A DNA stretch of 64,000 nucleotides from Cycas panzhihuaensis (taxonomy: Eukaryota; Plantae; Cycadophyta). Where the stretch lies: contig CM041465.1 of the NCBI GenBank assembly GCA_023213395.1, positions 137,399,741-137,463,740 of the forward strand. The letters are read 5' to 3'. Below, piece by piece: positions 1-12,990 of this stretch. The position numbers and the translations under genes were made by a program. Positions within the stretch are counted from its first letter, which is position 1. Every line of letters starts with the position of its first letter. Below the pieces are notes generated by a model. The model did no database searches and had not been told where the DNA came from. It saw only the letters and a program-made list of their open reading frames with translations.

Positions 1-1910
1 TTTGGTTACCCTTTTGTTGGTTATTGCAATGACGTTCTCATGTTTAGGGAAAAGATCCTTGTGGATGGGCTGGTCTAGGTTTGGCCTAAATGCCCGTTTG
101 GGAGAAGAATCACGTTGCGGGGCGGCTCTAGGGTGCTGGGCCCAGCATTGTGAATCTTCGTAGAAATACTCTCCATGGATGGAACACAATTTCTTTTCTA
201 GGGAGGAATCGAGCTTTCTCATTTGAAAAGATTAGGTGTTACCCTTGAGGGGAGCAGCTTGAGAGGCCTAGTGAACTGGTTTATGAGAGGTGGGGGATGA
301 AGGGGCTTGGAGTTTAAGCTCTTTCATGGTACATTCGAATGAGCATATAGTGGAGGTGAGAGGATCCAAGGTCTTCTCTATTGGATGGGAAGAAGACCTA
401 GCAGGCTATTGGACTTTAGTCTCATAGAGTGGTGGAGGTGCCTCACACCGTTGTGAGGGCTTGAGAGGCTTCTTGAGACCCGCTTGGATCTCAATAGCCT
501 CGAGCACCAAGTGCTTGGCTACGGTGGAGTCACACATTATTGCCCCCATTTTAAGGATTTCAATGTACACTTCTAGGCAAAGGGTGTTGATAAAGAGGTC
601 TTGCTTCAGCTCCTTAGGTAAGGTTGCCTTGGTGGAGTGAAGCAGGTCATGGAAGCATCTCACAAAGTCACGATTCATCTCATCATGACCTTGTTTAAGA
701 GATAGAAGGGCTTTCATTTGGCTTTGGAAAGGACGAGCTATATCAAAATAATTGACGAATTCATCCACGAGTTGTTGGAATGAAAAGATAGAATGTGCTG
801 GCAGGTGATAGAACCACTTAAGGGCATTGCCTTGAAGAGATTGTGGGAAGAGTTTCATAAGGATATGGTCATAAGCCCAATAATCGATACATGCCATAGA
901 AACGCTCTGGACCCGCTCCGTTGGGTCTTGCGATGAGGTTCCATCAAATTTGGGAACCTTGAGAGGGTGAGGTGGTAAGTTGGTCCTTAGCACCTCAATA
1001 AATAGGGGTGTCGATCTATAGTCCATAAAGGGGCGTGCCCTTGACTGGACCATAGGATCGATGAGAGATGGAAGACGAGGTAGACAAGGTTGCCCAAATC
1101 CTCCTTGGGGAATTTGATTCGAAAGGGGATATTGGTCTCCTCCGGTTTGATGAGAAGACACTAGTCCCACATTCGAAGGAATATACATAGGAGCAGATGG
1201 GGGTGAAGGACCCATCCCTCCTTGAGGAAATACCCCTTGTTGGAAAGGAGCCTGAGAGAAGGCACCTTGGGAGAGAACTTTCCCTCCTTGCAAAGGTGCA
1301 ACATGAGGTGTGACATGGGAGGATGGAAAAGAGGGGTGTAGAATTGGGGTTTTGCCTATATGGGCCGCCCGTGGGTGGTGTGACCCTATATGGGTGCAAA
1401 GGGTCCATCCCATAAGCTGAAAGGGAGCTTTCCTTGCTGTGCTCCTACGGTTGAGAGATGTAACCTAAGGGCACGTAAAGGGAGGGATCCCTAGGTTGAA
1501 CTTGGGAGTGTGTGGGGACGGCCCCCACATGGCTAGAAGTAGGGGTGCATGCAGGTCCCTTAGATCCAATAGGTGGCGGATATACTATAGTCGGTAGAGG
1601 TGTAGTCATTTGACTAGAAGGGGGCATGCTCAACCCAAGTTAGGAAGAGGATATGCCTTGGGTGGTCCTCAAGGGCCATGCACTATGAGGAGAGGAAGAT
1701 GAGGCAAAAGATAAACCCATCGTAGGTAGAGGAGTTAAACGGGATGGACGAGGTAAGGTAGATGTAGAGGAAGGAGGCGCAACGCTTCGCAAGATGCTCT
1801 CAAACCACTTGGGATGTGGTTGGAGGCGAGGACCAACCACATAGTGTATATAATCACATCCATTCAATGGGATGGATGTGAGAACCAAGTTAGTGAATTC
1901 CAACGGTTCC
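1..1910 (-). mobile_element. Ty3/gypsy (non-chromovirus type) LTR-retrotransposon gag region, truncated
   Basis: Contains ORF 406..1413 with retrotransposon gag motifs (KVPKFDG..DP, LMKLFPQSLQGNALKWFYHLP..SI.SF.QLVDEF, LKQG.DE..RDFVR) after a Pro-rich N-terminus. Continues past the window start. No LTR seen. Confidence 0.85.
406..1413 (-). CDS. Retrotransposon gag (Retrotrans_gag-like), 335 aa; start codon uncertain
   Basis: ORF track and the gag motifs above. The duplicate at 46385-47386 is frameshifted. Confidence 0.75.
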   Translation of the reverse strand: MGWTLCTHIGSHHPRAAHIGKTPILHPSFPSSHVTPHVAPLQGGKVLSQGAFSQAPFQQGVFPQGGMGPSPPSAPMYIPSNVGLVSSHQTGGDQYPLSNQIPQGGFGQPCLPRLPSLIDPMVQSRARPFMDYRSTPLFIEVLRTNLPPHPLKVPKFDGTSSQDPTERVQSVSMACIDYWAYDHILMKLFPQSLQGNALKWFYHLPAHSIFSFQQLVDEFVNYFDIARPFQSQMKALLSLKQGHDEMNRDFVRCFHDLLHSTKATLPKELKQDLFINTLCLEVYIEILKMGAIMCDSTVAKHLVLEAIEIQAGLKKPLKPSQRCEAPPPLYETKVQ

Positions 1911-1989
1911 TAATGCATCTTGTTGACCCGGAATCGAATGGACCTTATATGATGTAATTTTAACTATTGTCTAATGAAATAAAAAGGGT

Positions 1990-3403
1990 TATGTGAACAA
2001 TTGTGTGTACTTATTATGGAATGCATGTGAATTGTGGACTTATATGGATGATTAACTAAAGAATATGTATGTTGACCACCTGCACACACCCTAGACTATA
2101 GTGGAAAAGCCTTGACAAGTGAAGAACTGCAGTAGGAAGTAGATTTCTTAGTCAACGCTTATACTGAACATGTCTGTTGTAATTGAGTGAGATGACAGAA
2201 GTAATCTGTATTCCAAGTGTTCTTGTATTGCTCTATGAGGTTTGTTTTTAGGGAATGTTAATTGTTGCCCATTGCCTTCTTGCATGTTCTTCTCTACCAA
2301 TGGAACCATTGAAGTTACTTATCACATAAAGGGAGAGATGCTATTAAGGCTTACTCTTGATCGTGTAGGGTGTATGCCTAGAAGTAGATTTCCACCTGGA
2401 GTATCCAACTGTGAATATCTCTTGATTTGTTAGGACCATTTAAGAAAAAAAAAAATTGTCCCTTTGATGCCATTTTTTGGTTCAAAATCCTTGCTAGTGG
2501 TCCCTTTGGTTCTTTTGTTCATAGAATTCTTCTTTAAACTCCCAACAATCTTTGTGTTTCTGAGATTTATCTTGTCTTCAAGTTTCTCCTTCTTCTTTAA
2601 TCTTGTCCAACCTCTTGCTTATGTTGTTGAGTGAATTCTTGAGGTCATTTAGGGTTCCTTCTAAATGTGTGTCCATGCTTTATATCTTATCATTCAGTTG
2701 GCTGACCCTTTTATCTATGTCTCCTATTGTTACTAACAGGGTATTCACTATCTTGTTTTGTTAAAGAGTCCTTCCCGACCTTAGTTCCGTTTGAAAGGAA
2801 GTTGGGTAAGGAAAGAAAAGGAGGATATCATTTCCTTATTTTCACTTTGACTTCCTTTGTTATAATAAAGTTGAATCTCCTTCAGAATGGCTTTTAACGA
2901 ACCTCTAATACCGCTTGTAGCAATGCCATAAACCAAATTTATCGAAAACTAGGAAAATAGTGTGTAATATACATAAAGAATGCAAGCCATCTAATATTTG
3001 ATATCACACAAGAGAGTACTTAACCAGAATAGATAAATTAAGCTTTTAATATCAATTTCGAATATAATAAATGCTATGTACGACTTGAGAAAAAATCACC
3101 AGATTCTATCTTTCTCTTCAAGGCAAGGTTCCCTCCCAAATTGTAGCCCTAAAGGCCAAAAATGCAGCAACCACTATTCACTTTGGATGCCCTAGGAAGA
3201 GGCCCAAGATCCTTATAAATAGGCGGCACAAATGGTGCTAAGTAACTCGACCAAAAGGAGGATGGAAGTAAGCTAGAATAATCATTCAAAGTTGGTTAGA
3301 ATACATTTTGAAGTTGGCCAAAAAATAAGGTAATTCCTACTCACTTTAAGTCAGATAAACAACTCCTTAGAAGTTGACTAGATAGGAGGAAAGGAATGCT
3401 ACA
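1990..3403 (-). mobile_element. 5' part of a gypsy element: 5' LTR (3403-2916), degenerate tRNA-Met PBS, leader and gag fragment
   Basis: Inverted termini tgtagca (2916) and tgctaca (3403). On the minus strand the LTR is followed by agcggtattagagg, resembling TGGTATCAGAGC. Degenerate gag-like FCHLTQLQQTCSV near 2165-2205. Confidence 0.7.
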
Positions 3404-3750
3404 TAGGTCTTCATTATATCCATAGCCTCTCATCATTTGCTAATGAGCTTATATAGAGTGAAACATGTTCTAATTACACAATATACAATTTGAGTTGTTA
3501 ATGGAAGACTCTTTTGCAATGTTCTATTAAATCTCTTTTGAATCTCTCATGTGCTTTATTGCATCTATTGTTTGCTCACTTTATTAAATATTTTGCTCGC
3601 ACTTTTCCTCTAAGTAATATGCATTGCTCATTATATTTTCCTCTCCTAAACAAGATGTTCTATTTGAGTCTAAGCTATCATAAACCAACACAACAAGATC
3701 TTTCAAGACATTCCAAAAGGGCAATAGAGTTAATGAGCATGCAATCTGAT
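3404..3750 (+). other. RLK-motif mosaic island A (non-coding)
   Basis: Short in-frame snippets in changing frames: GLHYIHS (3406-3426), SFANE, RVKH, IYNLS, VLLNL/LNLS, YLSLSY, DLSR, IPKG, IELMS. Confidence 0.55.
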
Positions 3751-3754
3751 TAAT

Positions 3755-6700
3755 ACTAGGAGTTGCACTAGTCAACATCGACCTTCTGCAGACCACACCA
3801 CTTCAAGAAGGAAATACAACAAATCGCCAAGAATTTGTTACAACAAGGAGCTATTGTGGCCAATTCCAGTCCTTTTCTATCACCAGTTATTTTGATAAAA
3901 AAGAAGGATGGGTCGCATCAGATGTGTGCTCACTATCTTGCTCTCAACAAGTTAACAATCAAGAATAGGTGTCCAATGCTATGGATTGACGTTTTGTGAG
4001 ATGAACTACATGGTGCTAAGAACATCTCTAGGATTGATCTTACTTCAAAGACATGCATAAAACAACTTTATAGACACATCAAGGCTTATTTGAGTTTTGG
4101 GTGATACCATTTGGGCTGGTTAATGAATCAATAACATTCCAATGCACCATGAACATGGTGGTTAAACCATTTATCAAGAAACTTGCCCTACTATTCTTCA
4201 ATGACATTTTGATTTATAGCCAAACATTAGACAAATACTTGGAGCATTTGTAGGAAGTTTTGCAAGTCTTGGAAGAAAACCAATTCTTCACAAATAAATC
4301 CAAATCCACCTTTGGACAAATAGAACTAGAATATTTGGGGCATATCATCACCTAAGACAGAGTAAAGAATGATCCTAAAAAAAGTCCAAGCCATCGTGAA
4401 TTTGCCCACGTCAAATAATATTGCAAGTGCCAGATATTTTTTGGGGGCAGTTGGATTTTTATGACACTTCATAAAAGGATATGCAATCATACTAGCACCA
4501 TTAACGAGACTCACAAAGAAGGGAGCTTTCATATGGCACCAACCAGTAGAACAAGCTTTCCAAGGATTGAAGAATGCCATGCTCACTACCCTATTTTAGC
4601 TACACAAGACGTAAGAGAACCGTTTGTTTTGGAATGTGATGCTTAAGGAGCTGGATTAGAAGCAATTTTGCTTTAGAACAAGCAACCCATAGCTTACGAA
4701 AGTCAGAGACTAAATACAAGAAAACAACTAAAACATATTTACAACAAGGAAATGCTTACAATTATGCATGCCATCCACCAATGGCAACAATACTTAGTAA
4801 GGAGCAAATTCTTCGTCAAGACTAATCATGACAGACTTAAGTATTTCTTGAATCAAAGGGTTTTATCAAACAAGCAACAAAAATGGGTAAGCAAATTGCA
4901 AGCTTTCAACTTTGGTATCATCTACAAGAAAGGGAAAGAGAATGTGGTGGTAGATCCACTAACTAGGAATCCAAAGCAACCCACCCTTTGGGCAATTTCA
5001 ATAGCCACACATAGTTGGACACACGAGTTGGCACAATAATACTAGAAAGATCGAGGGCACAACATATACTCTAAAAAATCCAAGCAAGAACACAAATGAA
5101 ATCTGATTATGGGTGATTTAATTTTGCATAGGGGGAAGATCTTTGTCCCTCATACATCAACACTCGAGGAGAAGTTCATTCAAGAAGTTCATGTGACACC
5201 ATTATTAGGGCATAGGGATCGACAAAATGTATTTCCAAGTCCATAATATATTTTTCTCAAAAAGTTTGAAAGTAGATGTCTACAAGTGTGTATTAGAATG
5301 TGACACTTGTCAAAGAACAATAGCGAAAATATTAGAATTCTAAGATCACTTTACATTACATATACTAGAACAAAATGGGAGGAAATATCAATGGATTTTA
5401 TAATAAGTCTGTTGAGATAAGGAAGTAAGGACTTGTTATTTATAGTAGTGGATCAATTGGCTAAGTATACACACTTTAGAGGTACTCAGTCCATAGTTAA
5501 GGCTAGTCAGATTGTCAATCTATTTATTAAAGAATTTTGCGAGACTGTGGTTTTCCCAAAGTGATAGTAAGTGATCTAATCTAAAATTCATGAACAACTT
5601 TTGACATGAGATGTTCCACCAGGGAGGTACTAAGCTCACAATAAGCATAGCCTATCATCCACAAATAGAAGCAGTGAATAAATGTTTGGAAGGCTATCTT
5701 CAGAACTTTTCACCTAATAAGTAACAACATTAGCATAAGTGGTTATGTCCAATTGAATGGTGGTACGATACCACCTATCACACCTTGGTCAAGATGACTC
5801 TTTTAGGCATTATATGGTTATGAACCCCTATCTCTCCTCCCATGGGCCAATAACTCCTTGTACTTATTGTATAGGACCAACAACAATAGTTGGCTCAGAT
5901 AGTACAAATTTTGAAGGACTATTTTAACTTAGCAAGGAACCATATGCAATTAAAAGTTGATTTGCATATATTAGAAAGGCTGTTTGACAAAGGAGGTGGG
6001 TTTTTTTTAACGCTTCAACTATATACACAATTTACGCTAAAGCAGGCAAGGAGGTTTAAATTGTGGCCACAATTTTATGGGCCTTATTAGATCTTGGAGA
6101 ACGTACAAGAGGTAGCCTACCAACTTGATCTACTACTTAACAACAAAGTGCACAATGTATTGCACGTCTCTTGTGACAATACTTCCCATGATAATCAAGA
6201 CAATACTTCCCATATTAGACGAAGAAGGATAGTTTACTATAGAACACAAGCCATTATCCATATTCAAATTAAGCGACTTTGCTCTAAGAAGATTTGTGAG
6301 TATTTGATGAGGTGGAGAGGCCTCAACAAGGAAGATGCCACGGGAATCGAAGCATGGTACCAACAACATTCTCACATTTCCACGTTTTGAAGGCAAAACA
6401 TGTTTTCAACAGGGAGAACTTGTAGCATTTCTTTTGAATGCATAACTAGGCTCTACTCTTAATATTTTGTTCTTTATTTTTCTCTCTTAATTTTGGTTGG
6501 ATGCCTTTCTCAAAACTAACTTCTATTTTTAAATTTTACTTCACCTGTATATGGGGCATCCTATCCCTATTGTAAGGCATCATTAGAAGATTATCCAATT
6601 TGCTATTTTCAGCCCTACCTGGGATTTGTTTTGGGAGGACACCCCATGTTGAAAAGGGGACGTATTGTGGTGTTCAATAATTGTAAGTTTTGGACATTTT

Positions 6701-6810
6701 ATAAATAATATTGAACTATTATTATTGTCTTTGTGATTAGTAATTTTAATTAATCTTTGAGATTTGGTTATTTCACTTTAGCAATTGTCATCATATCACA
6801 TGGTATATTT
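3755..6810 (+). mobile_element. Ty3/gypsy chromovirus remnant: RT-RNaseH-integrase-chromodomain, PPT and 3' LTR (6421-6810); 5' half missing
   Basis: Degenerate SPVILIKKKDG, FFNDILIYS, PFVLECDA, QQKWVSKLQAFNF.I.YKKGKENVV, WEEISMDFI, PQFYGPY and chromodomain EYLMRWRGLNKEDAT. PPT agggagaac is followed by tgtagca...atcaca. Many stops and frameshifts. Confidence 0.92.
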
Positions 6811-6900
6811 GGATTTGCTTTGCTAAATAGCATAAGATCTGTGTGTTTTCAATTGTTTTTCATATGAATGCCCACTATGATTCCTATAGATTGCCTTTGT
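6811..6900 (+). other. RLK-motif mosaic island B (non-coding)
   Basis: About 90 bp between two TEs, reading VYLDL, FGFA, MNAH and CLCV in different frames. Confidence 0.4.
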
Positions 6901-9900
6901 GTTAAAGAGTTTGCCCTAGTCATATGAGAAGTTTGTCATAGTTTGACAATAGCTGAGAAACTCCGCACAATCACTTTTAATGAACTTGAGGGTTTGCTAT
7001 TACAACAAGAGTAGTTGTTGAAAGAAAGTAATAAAGACAAAACATTTGGTGCATATGCAATAAAGTACAAAGGGCATAAGCTCTTTATTTAGAAGGAGAA
7101 TGTTGCTCCCAAGGAACATAATGCTTAGAAGAAGTGTCTTAAGTTCTTTAAAGGGCTAGGTAAATCAAGAGTATGTTATTACTATGGTAGACCTAGGCAC
7201 TTTAAAAAAGACCGTAGAAAGTTGTAATATGATTAATAGAAATAGTATGATTAGTTGAAATAGCAAAAGAAACAATGGTTTGGTTCTTTTTTTGGTCATT
7301 CTTCAAGTAAGGATGAAAAGGAATGACTCTTCATACCAATTTAATAGTTGAGGTATAATTTTGATGAAGCTTGTTATATTGATTCAAGTGTTGCTAGACA
7401 CATGGCATACAAGTTAGAATGGTTTGAACACGTGTGGGAGGCTAAAAGTCAATTTGTTATACTTGGTGATGACTCCATACTACAAGCTGAAGGAATTGGC
7501 TTGGTCTTTATAATTACACCAAGTGGTGAGAGTACTTACATCAATGACATTTTGTGTGTACCTAGACTAATGAAGGATATGATCTTTATTAGTCAAATTA
7601 AGAAAAATAACATGAGTGTTCATTTTGAACATGGCAAATATATAATCAAAGATAGGAATGGAAAAGTTGTAGCAATAGGTATAGAAGAAGATGGCCTTTA
7701 TAAGTCAAAAGGCAGAAATGTGAATCAAAGAGCATTTACTACTAATATAACTCAGAAGAATCATTCACGGCTTAGATGCATGGGACATTTGAATTAGTCT
7801 TGTATTTGGTTGATGCTTAAATTGAATATGGTACATGGCTTACCAAGACTTGAAATTGAAAATTATCTATGTGAACCATGTATAATGATCAAGGAACATC
7901 AAGAGAAATTTGAAAGAGGTAAAGCCTTAAGAGTAAAAGAGAAATTGTACTTATGTCCACTATGATATTTGTTGACTGTTAGATTGGTTAAGTGTTAACC
8001 ACATACTTACATTAATGTAAATGTGGTTAATTAGTGAGTTGATTAGTTGAATGGCCAGGATTAACGAAGAGTTGCATCCCTTTAGATGGACGTACCATAC
8101 AAGTTTGTATATATATACCAACCCTTAGATTGGATGTATCATCTCATTATAGTGCAATCAACGTAACCACTGATTTGGCTTAGTGGGCTTTTTCGTGAAA
8201 CAGTTTTTCGACATAAATCTAGTGTACTATTCTTTGTTGTTTGATGCTTGTTATGTATGTTAAAGATTTGGATGTATGTTGTGCATGTTAAACCATTCAC
8301 AATCTTAACATGGTATCAAAGCAAGCATCAAACAATAAAGAATGATACATGAGATCTCTAGGAAAACCCTTTTGGAAAATACTGCCTTCACTTGGAGATT
8401 TCTAATTGAAGCCTAATTCCTTACATTTCCATTAAAGGGGATGCTAGAGTGGTTAAGTGTTAACCATATAGTTAATTAATGTAAATGTGGTTAATTAATG
8501 AGTTGATTAGTTGAATAGCCATGATTAACGAAGAGTCGCATTTCTTTATATGGATGTACCATATGGGTTTATATGTATTCCAAGCCCTAGGTTGGATTGT
8601 AATGAATGTAATGATTGATTTGGCTTGGTGGGTTTCTTTCTCAAGAGGGTTTTTCTACATATATTCAGTGTATCATTCTTTGTTATTTGATGCTTGTTGT
8701 GTATGCTAAAGATCTGGATGTATGGTGTGCATGTTAAACCATTTACAATCTTGGCATGAACTAATACTAACAAGATCACTTGGAGGTGCAAAATAACTTT
8801 TTACCTTGATGCTTTCTCGAGGAAAGCATGGGTTTATTCCATAATGAGAAGTCACATGCCTTTGATATTTTCAAAGAATTTAAAGAGAAGGCTAAAAATA
8901 AAAGTGCACAGGTTGAAAATCCTCAGATCTAATAATAGTGGTGAATACACCTCCAAAGAATTTGATCAATGTTGTAAGAATCATGGAATCAAAAAGTAGT
9001 TCACAACTATATATACACCATAGTAAAATAAAATGACAGGAAGGATGAATATGACTCTTATTGAAAATGCCAAGTTAATATTGAATGCCAAGAGTTTACT
9101 AGATTCGACAAGAGCTATGATGCAACAATTTACTTGACGAACAAGAGTCCTATAAAGGTTGTTAGGAATGCGATGCTTGAGGAGGCTTGGATAGACAGAA
9201 AGCCTACAATGAGCCCTTGTAGAATCTTTGAGTGTATAGGATGCATACACATTCCAAAGGAGAAACAATAAAAATTTGATTAAGAAAATTTAAATTGCAT
9301 TTTCATTTGGTATAATGAGATGGGCAAAACTTATTGAGTGTACAGGTGAAAAATCAAAATGGCGCACACAACTTGTGATGCCATATTTGAAGAAAGTGAC
9401 AAGGAGAAAACCCTAGGTTCATTGCAATTTAGGCAGGAGAAAGGAAAACAAATCAAGAAACAACTATAATCAAGTTTTTTGAGAGAATTTGTCATGTCGG
9501 AATCATAACCGATCAATGCATTAGTTGATACTATTGATGAAGAGGAGGGATTTAAGGATGTTAAATTTGAAATCATTTTGCCGTCAAAGAGGTTGCTCAA
9601 ATGGTATCTGAAAACAATTGTTGATGCATAGTCACTTGAGACACAAGGTAAGCAAAAATCCAAGATGAGACCTATATAAGGGTCAATTATGCTCTTATGA
9701 CATAGGTGCTTAATGCAAAAAAGGCTTCCACTTTTAAGGGGGCAAATTCAGAGAAAAAATGGAAAGACGTTATAGATGTTGAAATCTGAGCAGCGAGCAA
9801 GAATAAAACTTGGGATTTAGTATAATTTCTCAAAGGTAAATGTGCAATTGGATGTAGACGGGTTTATATGACCAAATTCATATAAAATGGCTCGATTGAA

Positions 9901-11683
9901 CTATAAAACTATATTAGTGGCTAAAGGCTTCAAGTAGAAAGGAGGAGTTGATGATCAGGAGACCTTTGCTCTAGTAGTAAAAATGATGATTATAAGGATC
10001 ATACTTGCTTTCACTTCCTAATTTAAATGGAAATTACACTAGTTTGATATGAACAGCATTCTCCTTAATGGAGATTTGATAGAAGAGGTCTATATGGAGT
10101 AGCCACTTGGATATGTAGAGGAGGGTAAGGGATATTTGGCATGTCCCCTCTAAAAAAGGCTTTGTATGGCTTAAAGTAGCTTATTAAAGCCTGGTATTTT
10201 TAAAATTGATGATTGTTTTCATAAGAATGGATTTGAAAATCGTTAGTTGATTCAAACTTGTATATAAAGGTTCATGATGGAAAATTTGTGACCTCCATGC
10301 TCTTGTATGCTGGTGATTTAGTCATAACAAGCAATGATACCTCAATTGTAAAAGACTTAAAAGAAGATTTGAAGAACACTTTTAAAATGATTGATCTTCA
10401 ACTACTCTATTATTTCCTCAAATTAGAAGTTTGGTAAAGACCTAGTAGGATATCCATTTTGCATACTAAATACACATGGAAAATTTTGGAAAAATTCAGA
10501 ATGGAGGACCACAAGCCTTCATTGATCCCAATGGAAGCATGGACAAAGTTATTAGCTTAAGATGAAGGGAAGTAGGTATATGGCAATTTGTACAGACAAA
10601 AAGTTAAAAGTTACATTTATTTGATTACAACTAAACCTAATATTATTTATGCAATAGGCATGGGATCCAAGTTCATGATAGAACTAAAGCAAAGCCATTA
10701 GAAAATTGGAAGGAGGATTTTGAGATACTTGTAGGAAACACTATAGTATGGACTTGAGTTTACCCACAACAATAATTTTGTCTTGGAGGGTCTTTTTTAT
10801 TTAGATTAGGTTGGATGCATTGACAGTAGAAGGTTCATTTTTAGATACTATTTTAGTTTTAGATTAGTTATTGTAACTTGGGGCAACAAAAAACAACCCA
10901 ATGATGTCATTTCTTTTACTAAAGCACAGCATAACGCTATAGTTATAGCATGCGAAGCCATCTAGTTAAAATTGTTTCTTGGTGATTTAGGTTTTCATGA
11001 GAAAGGCATTACAAAGTTGGACCATTATAATTCAAGTACATTGAAGAGAGCCAAGAATCTAGTGTTTTATGCATGAAACATATTGAGGTGCGTTATCATT
11101 TTATTAGAGAGAAGACTCAAAATGGGGAGATTGAGTTGATTTACAAGCTTATTAATAAAAAGTTGGCACACATCTTTACCAAATTATTGGCGCAAGACAA
11201 ACTTGAGAAGTTTAGAGATGGTATTAATATTAAAGCCAATGAAATAAACATTAAGGGGACTACTAGAATTAATGTTCGCTTAGGTCATAATTTAAAGTTG
11301 TGAGTCCTAGTGGTTAAGCGAGTCCTTGATGGGTTAGTTTGAACCATGTGTTATTGAGAGTTACCAAAGTCTTTAGTGGGCGCATGACACGAGTTAGGAT
11401 AATTACCACTCTAATGGATAGTTATTTGGCCGGTTGTATTTATATCTATATCATACTTTGTATCTCACAATTCAATATTAATAGAAAATATTTGAAGATA
11501 GACTAATTTTACTACAAAATCTTTGTTTGTTGTTCTATTATTAACTCATTTTTTTTCTTACATAGATAATACTTGGTGGGAGTGAGAGTAGACAAACTCA
11601 ATATTCTAGGTTGTAGCTTATATTCAGGGTAAATTTTAATGTAAAAAATTAAATACTATAATCTAAAGCATAGTATCCTAACA
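6900..11683 (+). mobile_element. Ty1/copia remnant (gag end, protease, integrase, RT, RNaseH, PPT, 3' LTR about 11261-11683); 5' LTR missing
   Basis: Zinc knuckle remnant near 7170, YIDSSVARHM protease, CMGHLN..CEPC, RSNNSGEYTSKEF, ETFALVVK, EEVYME.P, KHIEVRYHFIREK and PPT attaagggga. Confidence 0.92.
7977..8756 (+). mobile_element. TRIM (miniature LTR retroelement) nested in the copia integrase
   Basis: Two similar LTRs, 7977-8310 (tgtta..taaca) and 8442-8756 (tgcta..tggca). PBS tggtatcaaagc at 8311-8322, PPT aaagggga, about 130 bp non-coding interior. Degenerate 5-bp TSD ttgac/tgaac. It splits the copia D-I-C-G-P motif. Confidence 0.88.
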
Positions 11684-12510
11684 CTAGTTTGACAAAATGA
11701 CAAAATCTGATTGCCAATTTAAAAATCAAATTAGTAATTAGATTAAACTTATGGCTAAAAGGAGGTTATTGATAAATTACAACTAATTGCTAGGAAGGGT
11801 TTAATAAACTAGGTTTAGGTTAATGAGACATGGAAGTTTGGCTGAATGCTTGAATGTTATGTAATGTTTGAATGCTCATGTGTTATGAAAAAAGGAAGAA
11901 AGAATAAAATTTTAAGTCAAACAATATTTCTAATAAAAACATTTCTCTAAGATATTTTAAAACATAAATTTTATAATATTTATGCGAAAATATTTTTCAT
12001 TATTATATTTTAGACTAAGTCGGGTGTTGGGGCGCATCACTTAGTACTACATTTTGATGTAAAAAATGTTCCAAGTTGGACTCCTATGAGATTTATAGGG
12101 GTGAACGGGATGAAAGGGTGACAAATTCCAACAAACTAGAAACCGATTCTCTCTTCAAGACTCAACGTCTTTAAAGAAAAAAAAAAAAATTAGATTTAAT
12201 ATTTGATTTATAACTTCACAAGAAATATAAATATAAGCACACTAGGAAAAATCAAGTTGATCTATGTTAGTGATTGGTGTGTATTTTTGCATATCAATTT
12301 GGCGAGGCTCCTTTGAGTGTTGCGTGTTTTTGTTTTCGTGCGAAGATGAATGGGCATGATAGGGATCAACCCCTGTGCTGTACCATGTACTACTGTTCTT
12401 CCTTGATAGTGAATTGAATTTACTATTAACTATGCCTATATTGTATTTCTTGTGTTCGTTGCATGAGAACGAATACAAGGTAGAATGGGATGAAGCAAGG
12501 TCTAAGGTGA
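11684..12510 (+). other. RLK-motif mosaic island C (non-coding, with AT-rich spacers)
   Basis: IANLK, NKLG, HGSLAECL (11829-11852), VLGRI, VLHFDVK (12044-12064), VPSW, EIYRGE (12088-12105), RFSLQD (12144-12161), FLDSELN, LHEN. Confidence 0.6.
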
Positions 12511-12990
12511 GTTAGATGTGAATGCAAGGAGAGGGGAATGCACTCTAGAGTGCAAACGTGATCTTGCTGCTGGGAATCTCACACCTACAAGCTGTAAGAG
12601 TGGAAAGAAATGCAAACGGAGGCCACCTGCGCTTGGGTTTCTGAATACTAACGATTGCAACGGATGCAGGGAAAGCAGTTGGGTCAAAATTTGAGTGTTG
12701 AGTTTGTAAGGAAAAAAAGATAAAAAAGACTGGAAGAAAATTGGATGATTTATCTCCAGAACTGATCTGGAAAGAATTGGCTCTGATACCAATTGTAGGG
12801 GTCCTGCCACTCCAGCATACAACGGGGACCATGTTCTAGCAAAATTGGCTCCAAATGGAGATACCTGAAGGTAGAATAATACAGCAACAAATATTTGATG
12901 CCCATTCCCTAAGGCTGCAACCCTTATAAGTAGACACACGCTAACACCCACATGGTGTGGTTGGCTTCCTAGCCATCTTAGGCCACTACA
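12510..12990 (-). mobile_element. Short 5' LTR (12990-12794, about 197 bp), perfect tRNA-Met PBS and leader of a truncated LTR element
   Basis: Termini tgtag...ctaca. gctctgatacca at 12780-12791 is the reverse complement of TGGTATCAGAGC. Left boundary approximate. Confidence 0.75.

Noticed and set aside
12347-12368. miR482/2118-like site tgaatgggcatgatagggatca
   Set aside because: Only about 15 of 22 positions match miR482 as I recall it, with mismatches at positions 2-3 and 11-14, and there is no precursor-type hairpin. Not supportable without sRNA data.
12405-12555. Cluster of small hairpins and palindromes (atagtgaatt/aatttactat, cttgtgttcgtt/aacgaatacaag, tgcactctagagtgca)
   Set aside because: Stems are 12 bp or shorter, two are disrupted in the duplicate copy, and none matches a known RNA gene.
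12780-12791. TGGTATCAGAGC as an endogenous caulimovirus primer site
   Set aside because: It directly follows a TG...CA LTR, and no movement, coat or RT ORF follows. It is an LTR-retrotransposon PBS.
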